Part shown: piece after piece, positions 13,900 to 25,340 of the stretch
Numbering within the stretch: the first letter of the stretch is position 1
How the letters are laid out: every line of letters begins with the position of its first letter
NCBI GenBank assembly: GCA_010093815.1
Contig: ML996567.1
Strand: one strand, 5' to 3'
Length of the DNA stretch: 64,000 nt
Source: Pseudovirgaria hyperparasitica
Taxonomy: Eukaryota
Notes under the pieces: generated by a model
Told to the model about the DNA's origin: nothing
Databases searched by the model: none
Seen by the model: the letters and a program-made list of their open reading frames with translations, nothing else
Program-made: the position numbers and the translations under genes

Positions 13900-16800
13900 A
13901 GCGTTCGGTGTTTATTTCTTTCTTTCCTAAAATCTCTACTCTTATATTAGATTATCGGGGCCGCCGTAGGCCTATAATAGTAGAGTAATATTACTACTTA
14001 GGGATGTGTTAGAGTCGTAGGCCGTTATATAATCGAGCGTCGCCATATCTAGACTCGAACTAGTCTAGCGCCTTAGTGTCTTCTACGTCCTTAAGTAGGA
14101 CCTATATCGGTTATAACTACCCTTTCTACTTTATAAGCACCTATCACTTATTCCGCCCCCGTGCATTTTTCGTACATAGAATATCCTTAACCTTATACTC
14201 CGCGACGTCCTCGTCTACTTCGTTAAGCTTAAGCGCTAGGCCCGGGCGGGTATTAAGCTACTCTTAGCTAGGTAGGGGGTCCTCTACGGCGCGCTTAATA
14301 AGGCTTATATAGACCGTTTTATAAAGGTCTCCGGGGAGGTCGAGGGTTACTATTAAGGGGGTAGGTTAGGCTATAACCCGGTATTTTACCTATAGCTAGT
14401 TAAGCTTCTAGCTTAGGTGGTTAGTCTTCACGTTCCGGAGGGAGAACTATACTATATTACCGACCTTAAAACGCTCGGCCGGGCGTTATAACCGGTTTAC
14501 CGAGTCTTAGGAGCGCTACTCGGCCTAGATAATAGCCGCTTAAGCTAAGGTAGTGCTATCCTAAAGGTATTTAAGGAAATTCATAGCCCGACCTTTTACC
14601 GAGGTCGTAGAGGCGTTAGAGAGTGGCTACCGTGGTAATAGTTTAACGTAGTATCCGTTTAGGAGTAAGTTTAGCGCTATACTGGTTACTAATAAGGTGC
14701 GGTTATTAAGGGCGAGCTAACATACCGGGAGATATTCCGGCTAGTTAGTTTACTCGAAAGTCACCATAACGCGTAGTATAGCCTGCACCTCCTGGTTCGC
14801 ACGCTTAGTACCGCCGTCTATCTACGGGTAGTAGGCTATAGAGAGGTCCTAGCGTATACCTATTATGGAGTAGAGGGTTATCTAGACCTACCTAAGCTAG
14901 TCCGAGCCCTGGTCTATGATTATCGACTAGGAGAACCCCCGGAAACGCCACCACGTATTATAGAACCGCGTAGCGTAGTCTTCGGCCACTATAGAGGTTA
15001 TCGCCTCTAGCTAAATAAACTTTAAGAGCTAGTCTGTAATAATAAGAAGATATTAGGGCCGGAACGGGTCTAATTAGGGGAGGTTAGTTATAAAATCTAT
15101 AGAAATTTAGGACTAGAACCGGTCTAGCGTTAGAAGAGGCTAGAGGAGGCTAGGGGCCTTACGTCGGTTTACGTGGGCCCTATAGTAGTTATAGTTTCGT
15201 ATGAACTATCGGATATTAGTCTATATCTACTCCTAGTAGTACTCCCGCTAAATAGCTACGTAAGTCTCGTTCTTACTAGGATAGCCCGTAAGGGGGGAGG
15301 TATAGGACTTCTAGATAATAGTCGTGGTAAGGGGTTCCTACTCGGGCACCTAAATGACCCCCCGCTATATTAGTATTCTATATACTAATATAGCGTAGTC
15401 TATAACCTATTTAGTAGTAAGTGCCTCTAGTAGAAAGAGGCGTACCCCGCCTACTACGGCCCTATAGCGGGCCTAGTATACTAGGACTAACCGAATGGCC
15501 TAGTCCTAGAGCTCCTAGAGATAGGGGTCGGTAAAGATGCTTCGTCCCTAGGGGAGATAGGACTCCCTAGAGCGGGTACTTACTAGTACTATTCTAATGG
15601 CCCGTAGGGTCATGAGCCGTCCCCTTAGGAGGGACTTTTTAGATAAGTTCTAGTTATAGCGGCTTAGGGTATCCGGGCGGGCCGCCTAGGATCCCGGCCG
15701 GTATACGAGGTCGTAGTTAAATAGTATAAGCTAGTTGGACTATCGTTACTACCGTAGGATAAGAAGGTAAGACTTAGTAAAGTGCTCGAGGTTTTTATAG
15801 TCCGTATAGACCGTAAAGGGGTAGTAGACGCTTTAGAGCTTAGGTTCCTACGCCTAGAGGCACTAAACTACTATAAGGAGCTCCTTATTATAGATTATAT
15901 AGTTCCGCTAAGCGGCCGTAAGGGCCGCGGAATAGTAGGCTACCGGGTACTAAATACCCCGAACCTTTTAGGATAGGTATCTACCCGCCGCGTGTCCGGA
16001 GTAATCCGCCTCGACTATTATATTATATATCTCGTCCTAGGACTAGAGGATTAGCCCGGTAATAAAAGCGTTCTTTAGTATATTAAACGCGCGGTCCTTA
16101 GCCAGGCCCTAGTAGAAGGCCGTCCCGGCCTTAGTAAGGGCGTAGAGTAGGGCCGCTATAGTAGAGAAGTTAGGGAGGAAGTTACGGTAGAAGTTTACGA
16201 ACCTAAAAAACCGCCGGACACCCTAGACCGTAGTCGGGGGCTTCTAGTCCCGGATAGCGGTAATCTTCTCCGGGTTAGGGCGGATTAACTCCCTAGTAGT
16301 AATAACGTAATCTAGGTACCAGACCTCCTTAGTAGTAAAACGGCATTTAGTAAGGTCGTAGTAAAGGTCCGCCTTTATAAGGAGAGATAGAATAGTTTTT
16401 ACGGCGGCCTAGTGGTCTTCTAACGTACCCGGGGTATATATAAGGACATTATCGAGATACGCTATATAGGTAACCCCGAGGACCCCGCTTAGTACCCCGT
16501 TAATATAGCGCTAGAAGAAGGTAGAGGCGCCGGAGAGACTAAAAGGGAGAACTATCTATTTAAAGAGGCCGAACCGGGTGCGGAAGACCGTCTTATATTC
16601 GTCCCCGGTAGTAACCCGTAGTTTATAAAATGCTACCCGGATGTCTACCTTACTAAACCACGATATATTACTAATGGTGTATAGGGTCTCGCGTATAAGT
16701 AGTAGCGGGTATCGGTCCTATTTAGTAATACTATTAAGGGCCCTATAGTCGATATATAGCCGCTACTTCCCTCCCGGCTTAGGGATAAGGAGTACTAGCG

Positions 16801-17690
16801 CCCCGGCCGCTAAGGAGCTAGCCTATATCTATCCCTTATCTATAAGATCCGTAAGCTAGCGACGGAGCTCCATAAGTTATTCCCGAGACATGGCGTAGAG
16901 CGGTCCCTAGGGGAGGTTTATAGGGGTTCCCACCGGTATAGACTTAATATAGATATAGTAGTTAGTGTTCCCTCTATGGGGAGGTAGCGCTAACGCCTTT
17001 TCCTTATTAAAGAGATTATAGTAGGCGTATAGTATTAACGGGAGCGGGTACCCATCCTCCGTAAGCTCGGTCGCGTTCTAGTCGGGTACCGGAGGTAACT
17101 AGGGGAGCATAAGTTATAGGAGGCGGGTAACGTCGCGGATACTAGTAGCGACTACTCGCCCACGGCGGTAAGCCGTCTCTAGACCCCTAGGAATACGGCC
17201 CTTCTCGGTAAGGACCCGGATACTTATTAGGCGCCTATAGGCATTAATATCCTGGGCTATAAGGCCGTGGGCGCGGTAAAGCGTGATTTCGCCTACGTGT
17301 ATATTAATAACGGCGCCGGCCTAGTAGAGCCACGGGCTCCCGAGGATGAGGTCCCGGTCTAGCCCGGGTACTATATAGGCGGTAAGGTGTTATCGCCACC
17401 CCGCGATATTATACTAGATAGTAACGACTTCCGTAATCTCTGGTCCTAACGCTCCGTTAGCGGCGAGAGCTACTTAATAACGTGGGACCGAGATGCGCGA
17501 CTTAGCTACGTCCGCCGTAAGGGCCGGGCTAACTACCGTGAAACACTCGTACCCTATATCTACTAAGGCGTCTATATACTTCCTATTCTAGAGGAATAGC
17601 GATATAACGGGTAGGGGTCCGTCTATAACCCGAGCGGGCGCGCTATCCTCTAGGTCGGAGCCGTTATCCGGGTCGCCTATAGCTTTATTC
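13900..17690 (-). pseudogene. pol: pol of element B with C-terminal chromodomain
   Basis: ALVD[T]G[C]EC ~17543-17569; KTVFRTRFGLF ~16560-16593; AYLD[D]V ~16446-16463; STAY[H]P[Q][T]DGG ~14810-14842; chromodomain [Q]VL.K[W]KG[W] ~14115-14143. Confidence 0.9.
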
Positions 17691-18940
17691 CTTACCGAAT
17701 ATAGTAATATCCCCTAACCCGGGCTTTAGTAGGGGGCTATACTTCCCCCGCCTTAGAGTCGGAATTAGTATTATTCTAAGCCGGGGCCGTAACCTTAAGC
17801 GCTCGTATATTAATAGCGTTTAGATAGCCCTAGTATTAGTAGCTAGCCTAGCCGCACCGGGTATACACGCCCGCCGTACGGCGCTTCTAGAATAAGTCCT
17901 TTAGGATCCACGAAGGAGTCTCTTTCTTCTTAACCCTATCTCTACCCTTTACTATTAGGGACATGGCTTACTCCTTACTCTTTATCTTAACGGCCTTAAT
18001 AGTAACCACCGACATTGTCGTATCGCCGTCCTTATCCTTACTAGGCCTATTTTAAGGTGCGGCGCTTTACCTAGTGCGGAGCCGGAATAACTCTATATCT
18101 ATACTAATATCCCGAAGGCGGCCTATGGCGGCCTCGTACTAGTCCGGGAGGCCCCGGTTTAGGGCTACTACCCGGGTCTCCTAGTTAAGGCTATTCTAGA
18201 GCCGTATAAGCTTCTAGTTATTAGCCTAGTATATTCCTCTAGCCTCCTAGAGGGCGGTATAGAACCGTACGAAGTACTCTATAAACGGCTTCTTTACCTT
18301 TTACGTAATTATATTTAACCGCTAGAGGGCCCGCTCTTTAGTATGTGTGTCTCCGAACTAGAATTTAAGGTAGTCTAAGAACGCGTGCGGGTTCTAGTCG
18401 CCGTTTAGCCCTCTAGTAGAATATACGGCGCTAACCCCCCTCTATATCTTAGGCGCTAGATTAGCCTAAATAAGGGCTATTTAGTCCCTATAGATACCGA
18501 TAAAGTTAGTGTCCCGGGTAATCTTATACCGTATTATAACGGACTATATATGGAAGAGGGCCTTAGACCCGTTGTACGGGTCGCTAAGGGGGAGAGGCTT
18601 CCTCTTAGGAGCCCGGTCGAGTATAATATACGGCGTAGGAAGTAGTAAGGCGGGAGCGCGTGTAGAAAAGGCTAGTTCGGGCCCGTATAGGCGTTAGGGT
18701 GCTACCGGGGAGGAGTCGGGCTAGGGTAGGGACGAGTCGCTATAAGTTAAGGTGGCGGGAGTATAACTATATAACTTAACCGTAAGGAGGCGGGCGTCGA
18801 TACGTTATAGAGCCGTATAGACGCTATATTTAATGTTAGATATCCGAGACTCGCTTACCGCTTAGGCGGCCGTAATAGACTCGTAGATAGACTATATCTT
18901 ATCCCGAAAGCTAAGGAAGGAGTTAGAGAGTTACCGCATT
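17690..18940 (-). pseudogene. gag: gag of element B
   Basis: CCHC knuckle [C]TRCG[Q]A[G][H]...[C] ~17825-17866; DKDGDTTMS motif ~18011-18037. Ends are approximate. Confidence 0.75.
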
Positions 18941-19017
18941 AGATTAGAGTCTTACGGGTTAAGACTATCTTATGCTATAAGGCCACGTATAGGAAGAGAT
19001 AATTAAAGTTAAATTAA

Positions 19018-19219
19018 TATAATGGATATAACCAAGGTATTACTATAATGGTAACTAAGATATATTATAATTTAACTTAGAGAGAATAGGGATAAGCCGT
19101 ATAGTTATAGCTTTAAGTATAGTCTTAAGCGAGGTCACGTGATACCCCTATACTAGTCTCCATCCGTCCCGGCTCCGTCATGTAATACTAGAGACAAGGT
19201 AAAGCCGAAGTCTATAACA
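19018..19219 (-). repeat. 5' LTR of element B
   Basis: Direct repeat of 11436-11637, ending ...TATAACA. Confidence 0.95.
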
Positions 19220-20480
19220 AGAGATATTAATAATAGTCTTCCTACGCTAGGTACGTCACCCTATAGTATATATTCTATTACTTACCTCTATAGACTCTAA
19301 TTTTAAGCTACTAGATATTATTATATCTATAAAGACATGATAGAATAGCTATATCTCCGCGATTAAGCGAGTAATCGAGCTTAGAGAAGCTCTCTACTAG
19401 TTCTCTTAATACTATATTAACCTAGTTATATAACGTAAGAGAGTAAAAGAGATAGAGATAAAGTATAAGGAAGCTACGCGTATAAAGGTAGCCCGTAAGA
19501 GAAATAGGTATACTTAATTAAGTTACCTACCTAGTAGTTTAAGGAAGCGTTTAAGGCGTACTCTTAAGACTTAGGCTAAGAAAGAGGAGGCGATTAAGTT
19601 AGCTCTACTAATTAAGACTCCTATAAGGAGAGTTAATACTCGAAACTAGGAGCCTCTATTCGTCTAGATTAGTAGCCTTACTAAATATAACTAGGACGTG
19701 ATAGGCTAGTATCTTAAGTTACTACTACTACTCTAAGTTACTACTCGTCGCCTTAAGGGATATAGGTCTAATAGTAAGTTTAGGGCTATCTAGTAAGTTA
19801 TCTCTATTATTACTTACCTTATAGAACATTTTAAGAGACTTAAAATATAGTATATAGTATCTAATTTAGTAAATGAAGATAAGATGACGGCGGAGACACT
19901 TACTAATAGTAACTACATGATTATTACTATTAATAACAGCTGGCTAAAGATAAATAAATACTTTATGGTACTTAACGAGTCTCCCGCGTACTACACTACT
20001 ATAAATCTTTATCTAAACCTTAAGACCTTCTATTAAAGCGCGTAGGACGACTTTAAAGATACTAAGTCTATCTTCTAGTAATATTAGTAGTAGTATAAGA
20101 GATAGTTAGCTGGCGAGGAGCCTATATAGATATTAGCATTATCTATAATACCGCGAGTAGTATATTACGACTCTATTACCACGGATATTAATAGCTTTAT
20201 CTCTTAGTACTCCGAATTACTAGAGAAAGAATAGTATAAGGTTATTAAGGATAAGCTTATCCGCTAGCGACGTGAACCTTCTATTAGCTATAATAGTAAA
20301 TAGGCTAACGCGTTAATTACCTTCTAGATAGCTCGTTAGAATAACTATCCTTAGCTAAGTTAACTAGTAATCGACGTCCTAAGTATCCTAGCCTTAAGTT
20401 ATAAGTATGAACGTGCCTTTAGCGAGACTAGCGATATAATTACTACTCGTCGAGTAAAGCTTTATCCTATAATAGTTCGG
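19220..20480 (+). pseudogene. hAT-family transposase, segment 3 (including C-terminal dimerisation domain), cut by the LTR of element D
   Basis: DVLSI[P]A.S[C].[C]ERAFSET.DIIT.RR.KL at ~20373-20463. Confidence 0.88.
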
Positions 20481-20720
20481 TATAAGGATTATAGACGTAG
20501 AATAGTAGTCTAATAGGTTATAGGAGGATTCGGGAATATATTTAAAAGGGTAGTCTACTCTTCTAACGAGGTTGATTCCTAAAGAGTAGGAATTAAGTAT
20601 ATACGGCCTACTTATATAGTGGTCTCGCTTATTCTAGCTAGCTTACCCTAGGTCCACCTATTACGGACTATACTAGACTATAGTATTCTAGTTAAGTCTA
20701 TTCTAGTGTTAGCCCTAATA
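20481..20720 (-). repeat. Probable 3' LTR of element D
   Basis: Follows the purine tract AAAAAAGAAGAAGAA on the minus strand, starts T[G]TTAGGGC and contains TATATAAG. Its far end coincides with the break in the hAT frame. The partner LTR is outside the window. Confidence 0.65.
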
Positions 20721-21207
20721 ATATTCTTCTTCTTTTTATACTTTGCCCCGAAGTACTTAGCTATATATAAATCCGTAATTCTATAAGCGTTATGTTTATA
20801 CGCGTATCTAATTAAATCTATATAATATTATTGATAGTCTTTATATCGGTAAACTTAAGCTCTAGTTTACTTTTATTTATACACGCGCTTATCCCTTACT
20901 TTATAGCTACTACCTTAGAGATAGCTCCGCGGGTTATATAACTACTATATTAACTAAGCTTATATTTAGTTCTCTTATTCTAAATTTTCTTCTCTAGTAT
21001 ATCTACCTTACTCTTAAGGTAAGTCGTTAATTTATATACTATCTTCTTTAGTTTAGATCCGTTTGGGTCTAGAGTAGTCTATTTTTATTAGAGCTGGTTC
21101 TATATAATCTATTCGCGTTATTACGGTTACTAATTTAGCTTCTTTAATTACCTTTAAGGCTAAACGAGTATTCTACTCTTAGATCTCTAGCTAACGTATA
21201 TATATAG

Positions 21208-21579
21208 TATGGTGAGCCATCGCTACGTGTATCCCTTTTATAAATGGCTGTGTTCCTAGTATAGTAGTCGCGACGAACTCACAAGTATCTCTCCTAGGTA
21301 TTATGAGTTCTCTTTGAACGCACGACTTCTTATTAGTTCTCTTTTACGATAGAACGGGTCTATATAATACTCTTAATTAATTCTTTAATAGCTAAGCCTA
21401 ATAATTAATACCCATAGAGGCCTATAAACGTAAGAAAAGGTTAAATAGTCGAATATTAGTGATGGGGGAAGCGCGCCGAGTAGAATGACCAAGGAAAACG
21501 CCCTCCTTAAATATATAATGAAGCCATATAATCGAGCTAGGGATATATACATATAGGGCTATAGGAGCGGCCTTCTATA
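21208..21579 (-). repeat. 3' LTR of C1
   Basis: Direct repeat of 37578-37949. Confidence 0.95.
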
Positions 21580-21725
21580 TATACCTCCCCGGCCTATAGA
21601 ACTACTACCCTTAGTAGTATAGTAACCGTATAAGAAACCGTATAAAGAACGCCTAAAAGAAAGACCTTAATACGAATAAAATGCGCCCCTAGTAAACCTC
21701 TTAGCGCGGGTAAACCTTAGCCCGG

Positions 21726-21758
21726 ATTATTAGTTAAGGGCAGCCCTTAACTAATAAT
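21726..21758. repeat. 33-bp palindrome ATTATTAGTTAAGGG-CAG-CCCTTAACTAATAAT
   Basis: Perfect 15-bp inverted arms with a 3-bp spacer; recurs throughout the window. Confidence 0.95.
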
Positions 21759-21783
21759 TAGGTAGGTTTTTAGGCGCCTAATC

Positions 21784-24711
21784 TTAGTACTTGAGGTCGC
21801 GAGCCAGCTCCTAAAGAATCGTGTCGCTTATCTTAGAGAGGTTAGATTCCTCCTTATCGGATAGTTTATTAGGCCTCTCCTATCTATAGAAGTTCTCTTT
21901 AACGTTATCTAGGCCCGCGTTAGACTCGAATTTCTTAAAATTAATTAGCTACTTAGTGGCGCGCGCCTCGTTAAATTCCTTCTAGAACGACCTATCCCTA
22001 TAGACTAGCCTTTTCTATCTTACTATTTTCTTAAAGGTCTCCACGAATACCCTCGAGCCCTCCTTAAACTAGGCGTCTACCTTAGCTTTAAGTTATTAAG
22101 GACTTGCGTTAAGCCACGTAGCTACCTCTTCTTTTACCTCCTAGCTATTCTATCTTTTACGGCCGACTAATGCGTTACTAACGGCGTTAAAACTTAGGAG
22201 TTAAACTACGGCTAGGAAGGCAAAAGGAATCGTGCTATATTTATTAGAAAATTCTAATAGAGACGTGGGTCCCGGAGTTAAATTCCTATAAGCTACTATG
22301 AGTTATTCCTATATACCTATTTTAGGTACTTCTATTATTATATAATTAGGGCCAATCGCGATATACCATAGAAGTATTATACGTCTTCCACCCTTTACGG
22401 GACCCTAGGCGCCGTGTATTATTAGTAGGCTAGAGATACGTACTTTAAGGGACTAGTAGGGGACCGGGACGAAGGGACTAAATCGTTTCTTATTATCTGT
22501 ATTATAGATCTTATCGTTAATAGCCGTGATTATACCGTTTCGATTGACCCCCTCGCGGAGCTTAGCCTTCGACTACTATTTATTTAAGAACTTATAGAAG
22601 TGGGGAATAATTATAGTATAGTCGTTACTTCGTTTGTCGTCGAGACTAATACTCCTCTAGATTATATTAAACCCGTGTCTATTACTAGGATCGAGGATTC
22701 GATTAATGGCGTTATCGAGATACTTAAAACCCGTCTTATTACCCCTATCCTAGGACTTCGCATAGTACGGGTACGAGATTAGATAGTAGTTAAGGTCGGG
22801 CCGAAGAGTAATATAGGTAAGCTAGTAAAGTAGGTATTACCTAATAAACTATTAGATATAGGAGTGGTATATAGTTCGTAGCTAGCCGTAGTTTAATTTC
22901 TTGTTAAACATGCGCTAGTAGTACTTATATATATTAAATTCATCCCTCGCGAGTTCTAGAATACTCTTATTAAGTATAGAGGTTATCTTTTTAAGTAGCT
23001 CGAAGAGCCCTTTAATATTAATACTTCCGGTACGTTCTTACTCGTCGAAGAGTTATCTATCTATTCTACCGTCCTCCTTCTAAATTATAAATATAATACT
23101 AGTAAGGATAGTTTTAATATTAATAACTTACTTCGGGGTCTCTAGGGCCTAGTAATAATAGATATCTAATGCCTCTATCGGATAAGGTGGCCGCGCGTAC
23201 TTCGCAAACTAGGTATAGCGGTTCTTATAAACTTTAAGGGCCCCCACGTTATCTCTAAACTTATATACCATTTTAAGTCTCGCTACTAGGTTTAAGTAGG
23301 ACACGCTAACGAGTATATTATTCTTTCTAGCCACGTCTTAGTAATACTTATAGTAGACTTTATACGGAATAGCCATGTTACCTATCTACGCTTTCTAGCG
23401 CACTAGTAGGGCCATTCCCTTAATACTTATGAAATTCTTCTTTAATAATATAGCTGCCTTAAAAGTCTTCGTTACTAAAGACGCGTATTAATACTTCTTA
23501 GACTCGTCCTCTTCCTTAACTAATACTATCGTCTTAGGGTACGAACTAAGAATAACCGGGGATTATCGTGTAGGCGCCCCTAGTAATTACTAAGGGCCGG
23601 TAGATAAGGTATATCCACGAGTAGGTTTTATCGGCGTGGCCGTAACGGGCACTAAAGAGGTTCTTATATAGCCCGGTAAGAGACGTATACTAGTAGTAGT
23701 AGGAGAAGTACTTACTTTAAACGGACGACTAGCTTTAAAGAGACGACGTACTACTAAACTAGAAGGTATACTTCGTGGAGGGGACTTTACTATAGACGTT
23801 ATCTACGCTAGTTTTAGCGATGGTAAGGTCTAAGACGGAGGCGATATACTTATCTCTTTAATTTATAGGTAGTATTTAACGGGCCTATAAACCATTCTAC
23901 TTATCTATAACTATTAACTAGCGGGGATAATAAGTCCCGTCTTATTATAGAACGTTAGTTTATTTTATTAGCTAGGGTAGTTCGAGAGTTACTAGAGAGA
24001 TAGACCGTCCTTATTACTATTACTAGCTAGGGCGGTATTAATATTAGAGCTCTAAAGATATACCTTAATTCCCCTTCCCTTCTATCCCTAGCTAATTCGG
24101 GACTATAGGGATACGTTTAACTAGTTCCTCGCTCTCGCCTATATCCGTATTTATAAGAGCGCTACTAGCTTTTCTATAAAGTTCTATATTTACTAGAGCT
24201 ATCCGAGGGCGGATTAGAGTAACTAGCTATTATTATTAGGGAGGTCTTTTCGCTAGTTTTATAGGATTACATTTTTAGCTTTTAGAATGCGGGAGTTAGT
24301 ATCTCTTTTACGACGAATTATCTCGTGGACTTCTTTCGGAATAGAGGAGTTAATCTTTACCTTACTATACCCTATTACGGCTCCTACTTCCTAGAAGAGG
24401 TTAACTATACTACTTAAGAGCTATTCTACGAGGCTAGTAATATAAAGGAGATTATTAAACATATCTAGAATATAGTCCTATCGCTCTTACGGGTCCTAGA
24501 TAGCGATAATTCAGTTAATAGTAGACTTATTTACTTCCGTAGCTTCTATAGCCTATCTATACGGAGTAGTAGATGGCCTTAATACCACGATAGCTATCGA
24601 TAGCCCTACTTTAGTACTTACGACTCTTAACTAGAACCGCGTCTATCTTATTAGTGCTTAACGATCTTATAACTCTTTACGGGTAGGCGTTTTCTTTTTC
24701 GGTAGGGCTAT
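21784..24711 (-). pseudogene. Extra ORF of C1 (~976 codons): N-terminal helical and Ser/Pro-rich region plus a putative PhyH-like 2OG-Fe(II) dioxygenase domain
   Basis: One frame with no frameshift seen, broken by RIP-type stops. ISYPYYTK...GFK[H]LD (~22714-22778); IIHGA (His codon intact at 22414-22416); RR..L[P]WY. Start and stop are inferred. Confidence 0.75.
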
Positions 24712-24867
24712 TATTATTATCGGTTCTATTAGCGAGTTATATTCTAAGAAGAGATAGTTAAGTAAGGCGGAAGTGGAGGAGGAGGTTTTATTAATTAAGG
24801 AGGTATAGAGAGGTGTAAGAGGGAAGAGTTATATACTATCTTAAGTTCTCTTTTTATGCCTCCTTAA

Positions 24868-25340
24868 ATGCCGGGTATATAGTAATTTTTATAAATGATC
24901 CTTACTAACGGCCGTAGGCCCGTATACGTGTCGAATCTATGAATAAATATATACTAGGTATATAGGAAATCTATAAATGAATGTATCTACCGGGTATATA
25001 GCGGAATCTATAAATGAATAGATACCGGGTATATTCTTATCCTTATAAGACTTCCTATAAGTATCTTTTTCTTCTATACCTCCTCCTTCTTTTCTTCCTT
25101 ATTAGTTTCTAATAGGGCCTATTCTATAGTAACGAAATAGGCCTTCGATAGGTAGGCTTCGATTACACGACCGGCTTTAATATATAGTAGGTGGAATTCG
25201 CGTAAACGCTATTATATCTTCTTTCGAGCATTGCTTACTTTAATAATAAGTTTTATTATTTTATAGTAATAATAGGGTTCATTATCCTCTTTTAATAATG
25301 GAGTTTATCGTCCTTTTTCGATAATAGAGTTCATCGTCAT
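24868..25340. repeat. Tandem repeats in the spacer between pol and the extra ORF of family C
   Basis: About three units of ATCTAT(A/G)AAT(G/A)AAT...ACCGGGTATATAG (24936-25035) and three to four ~25-bp units of ATAAT(A/G)GAGTT(C/T)ATCGTCCT (25240-25340). The same repeats occur in C2 and C3. Confidence 0.8.

Larger units (their letters stand above)
11436..19219 (-). mobile_element. Full-length chromoviral Ty3/Gypsy element B (RIP-degenerate)
   Basis: 202-bp LTRs; 5-bp TSD AGAGA (11431-11435 / 19220-19224); minus-strand polypurine tract next to 11637; gag and pol motifs on the minus strand. Confidence 0.95.

Noticed and set aside
14076..18697. Plus-strand ORFs at 14076, 15173, 15782 and 18509
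   Set aside because: They are antisense to gag-pol of element B and show no independent motif.
20700..20720. CTAGTGTTAGCCCTA as the 3' terminal inverted repeat of the hAT
   Set aside because: No matching 5' repeat is visible. It abuts a polypurine tract and is better explained as the start of the D 3' LTR.
22600..22782. 60-aa plus-strand ORF, and likewise 36084-36362
   Set aside because: They are antisense shadows of the family C extra ORF and of LINE ORF1, respectively.
21784..24711. Extra ORF as an env-like gene
   Set aside because: Its position fits env, but I saw no signal peptide or clear transmembrane segment, and the motifs fit a soluble dioxygenase fold better.
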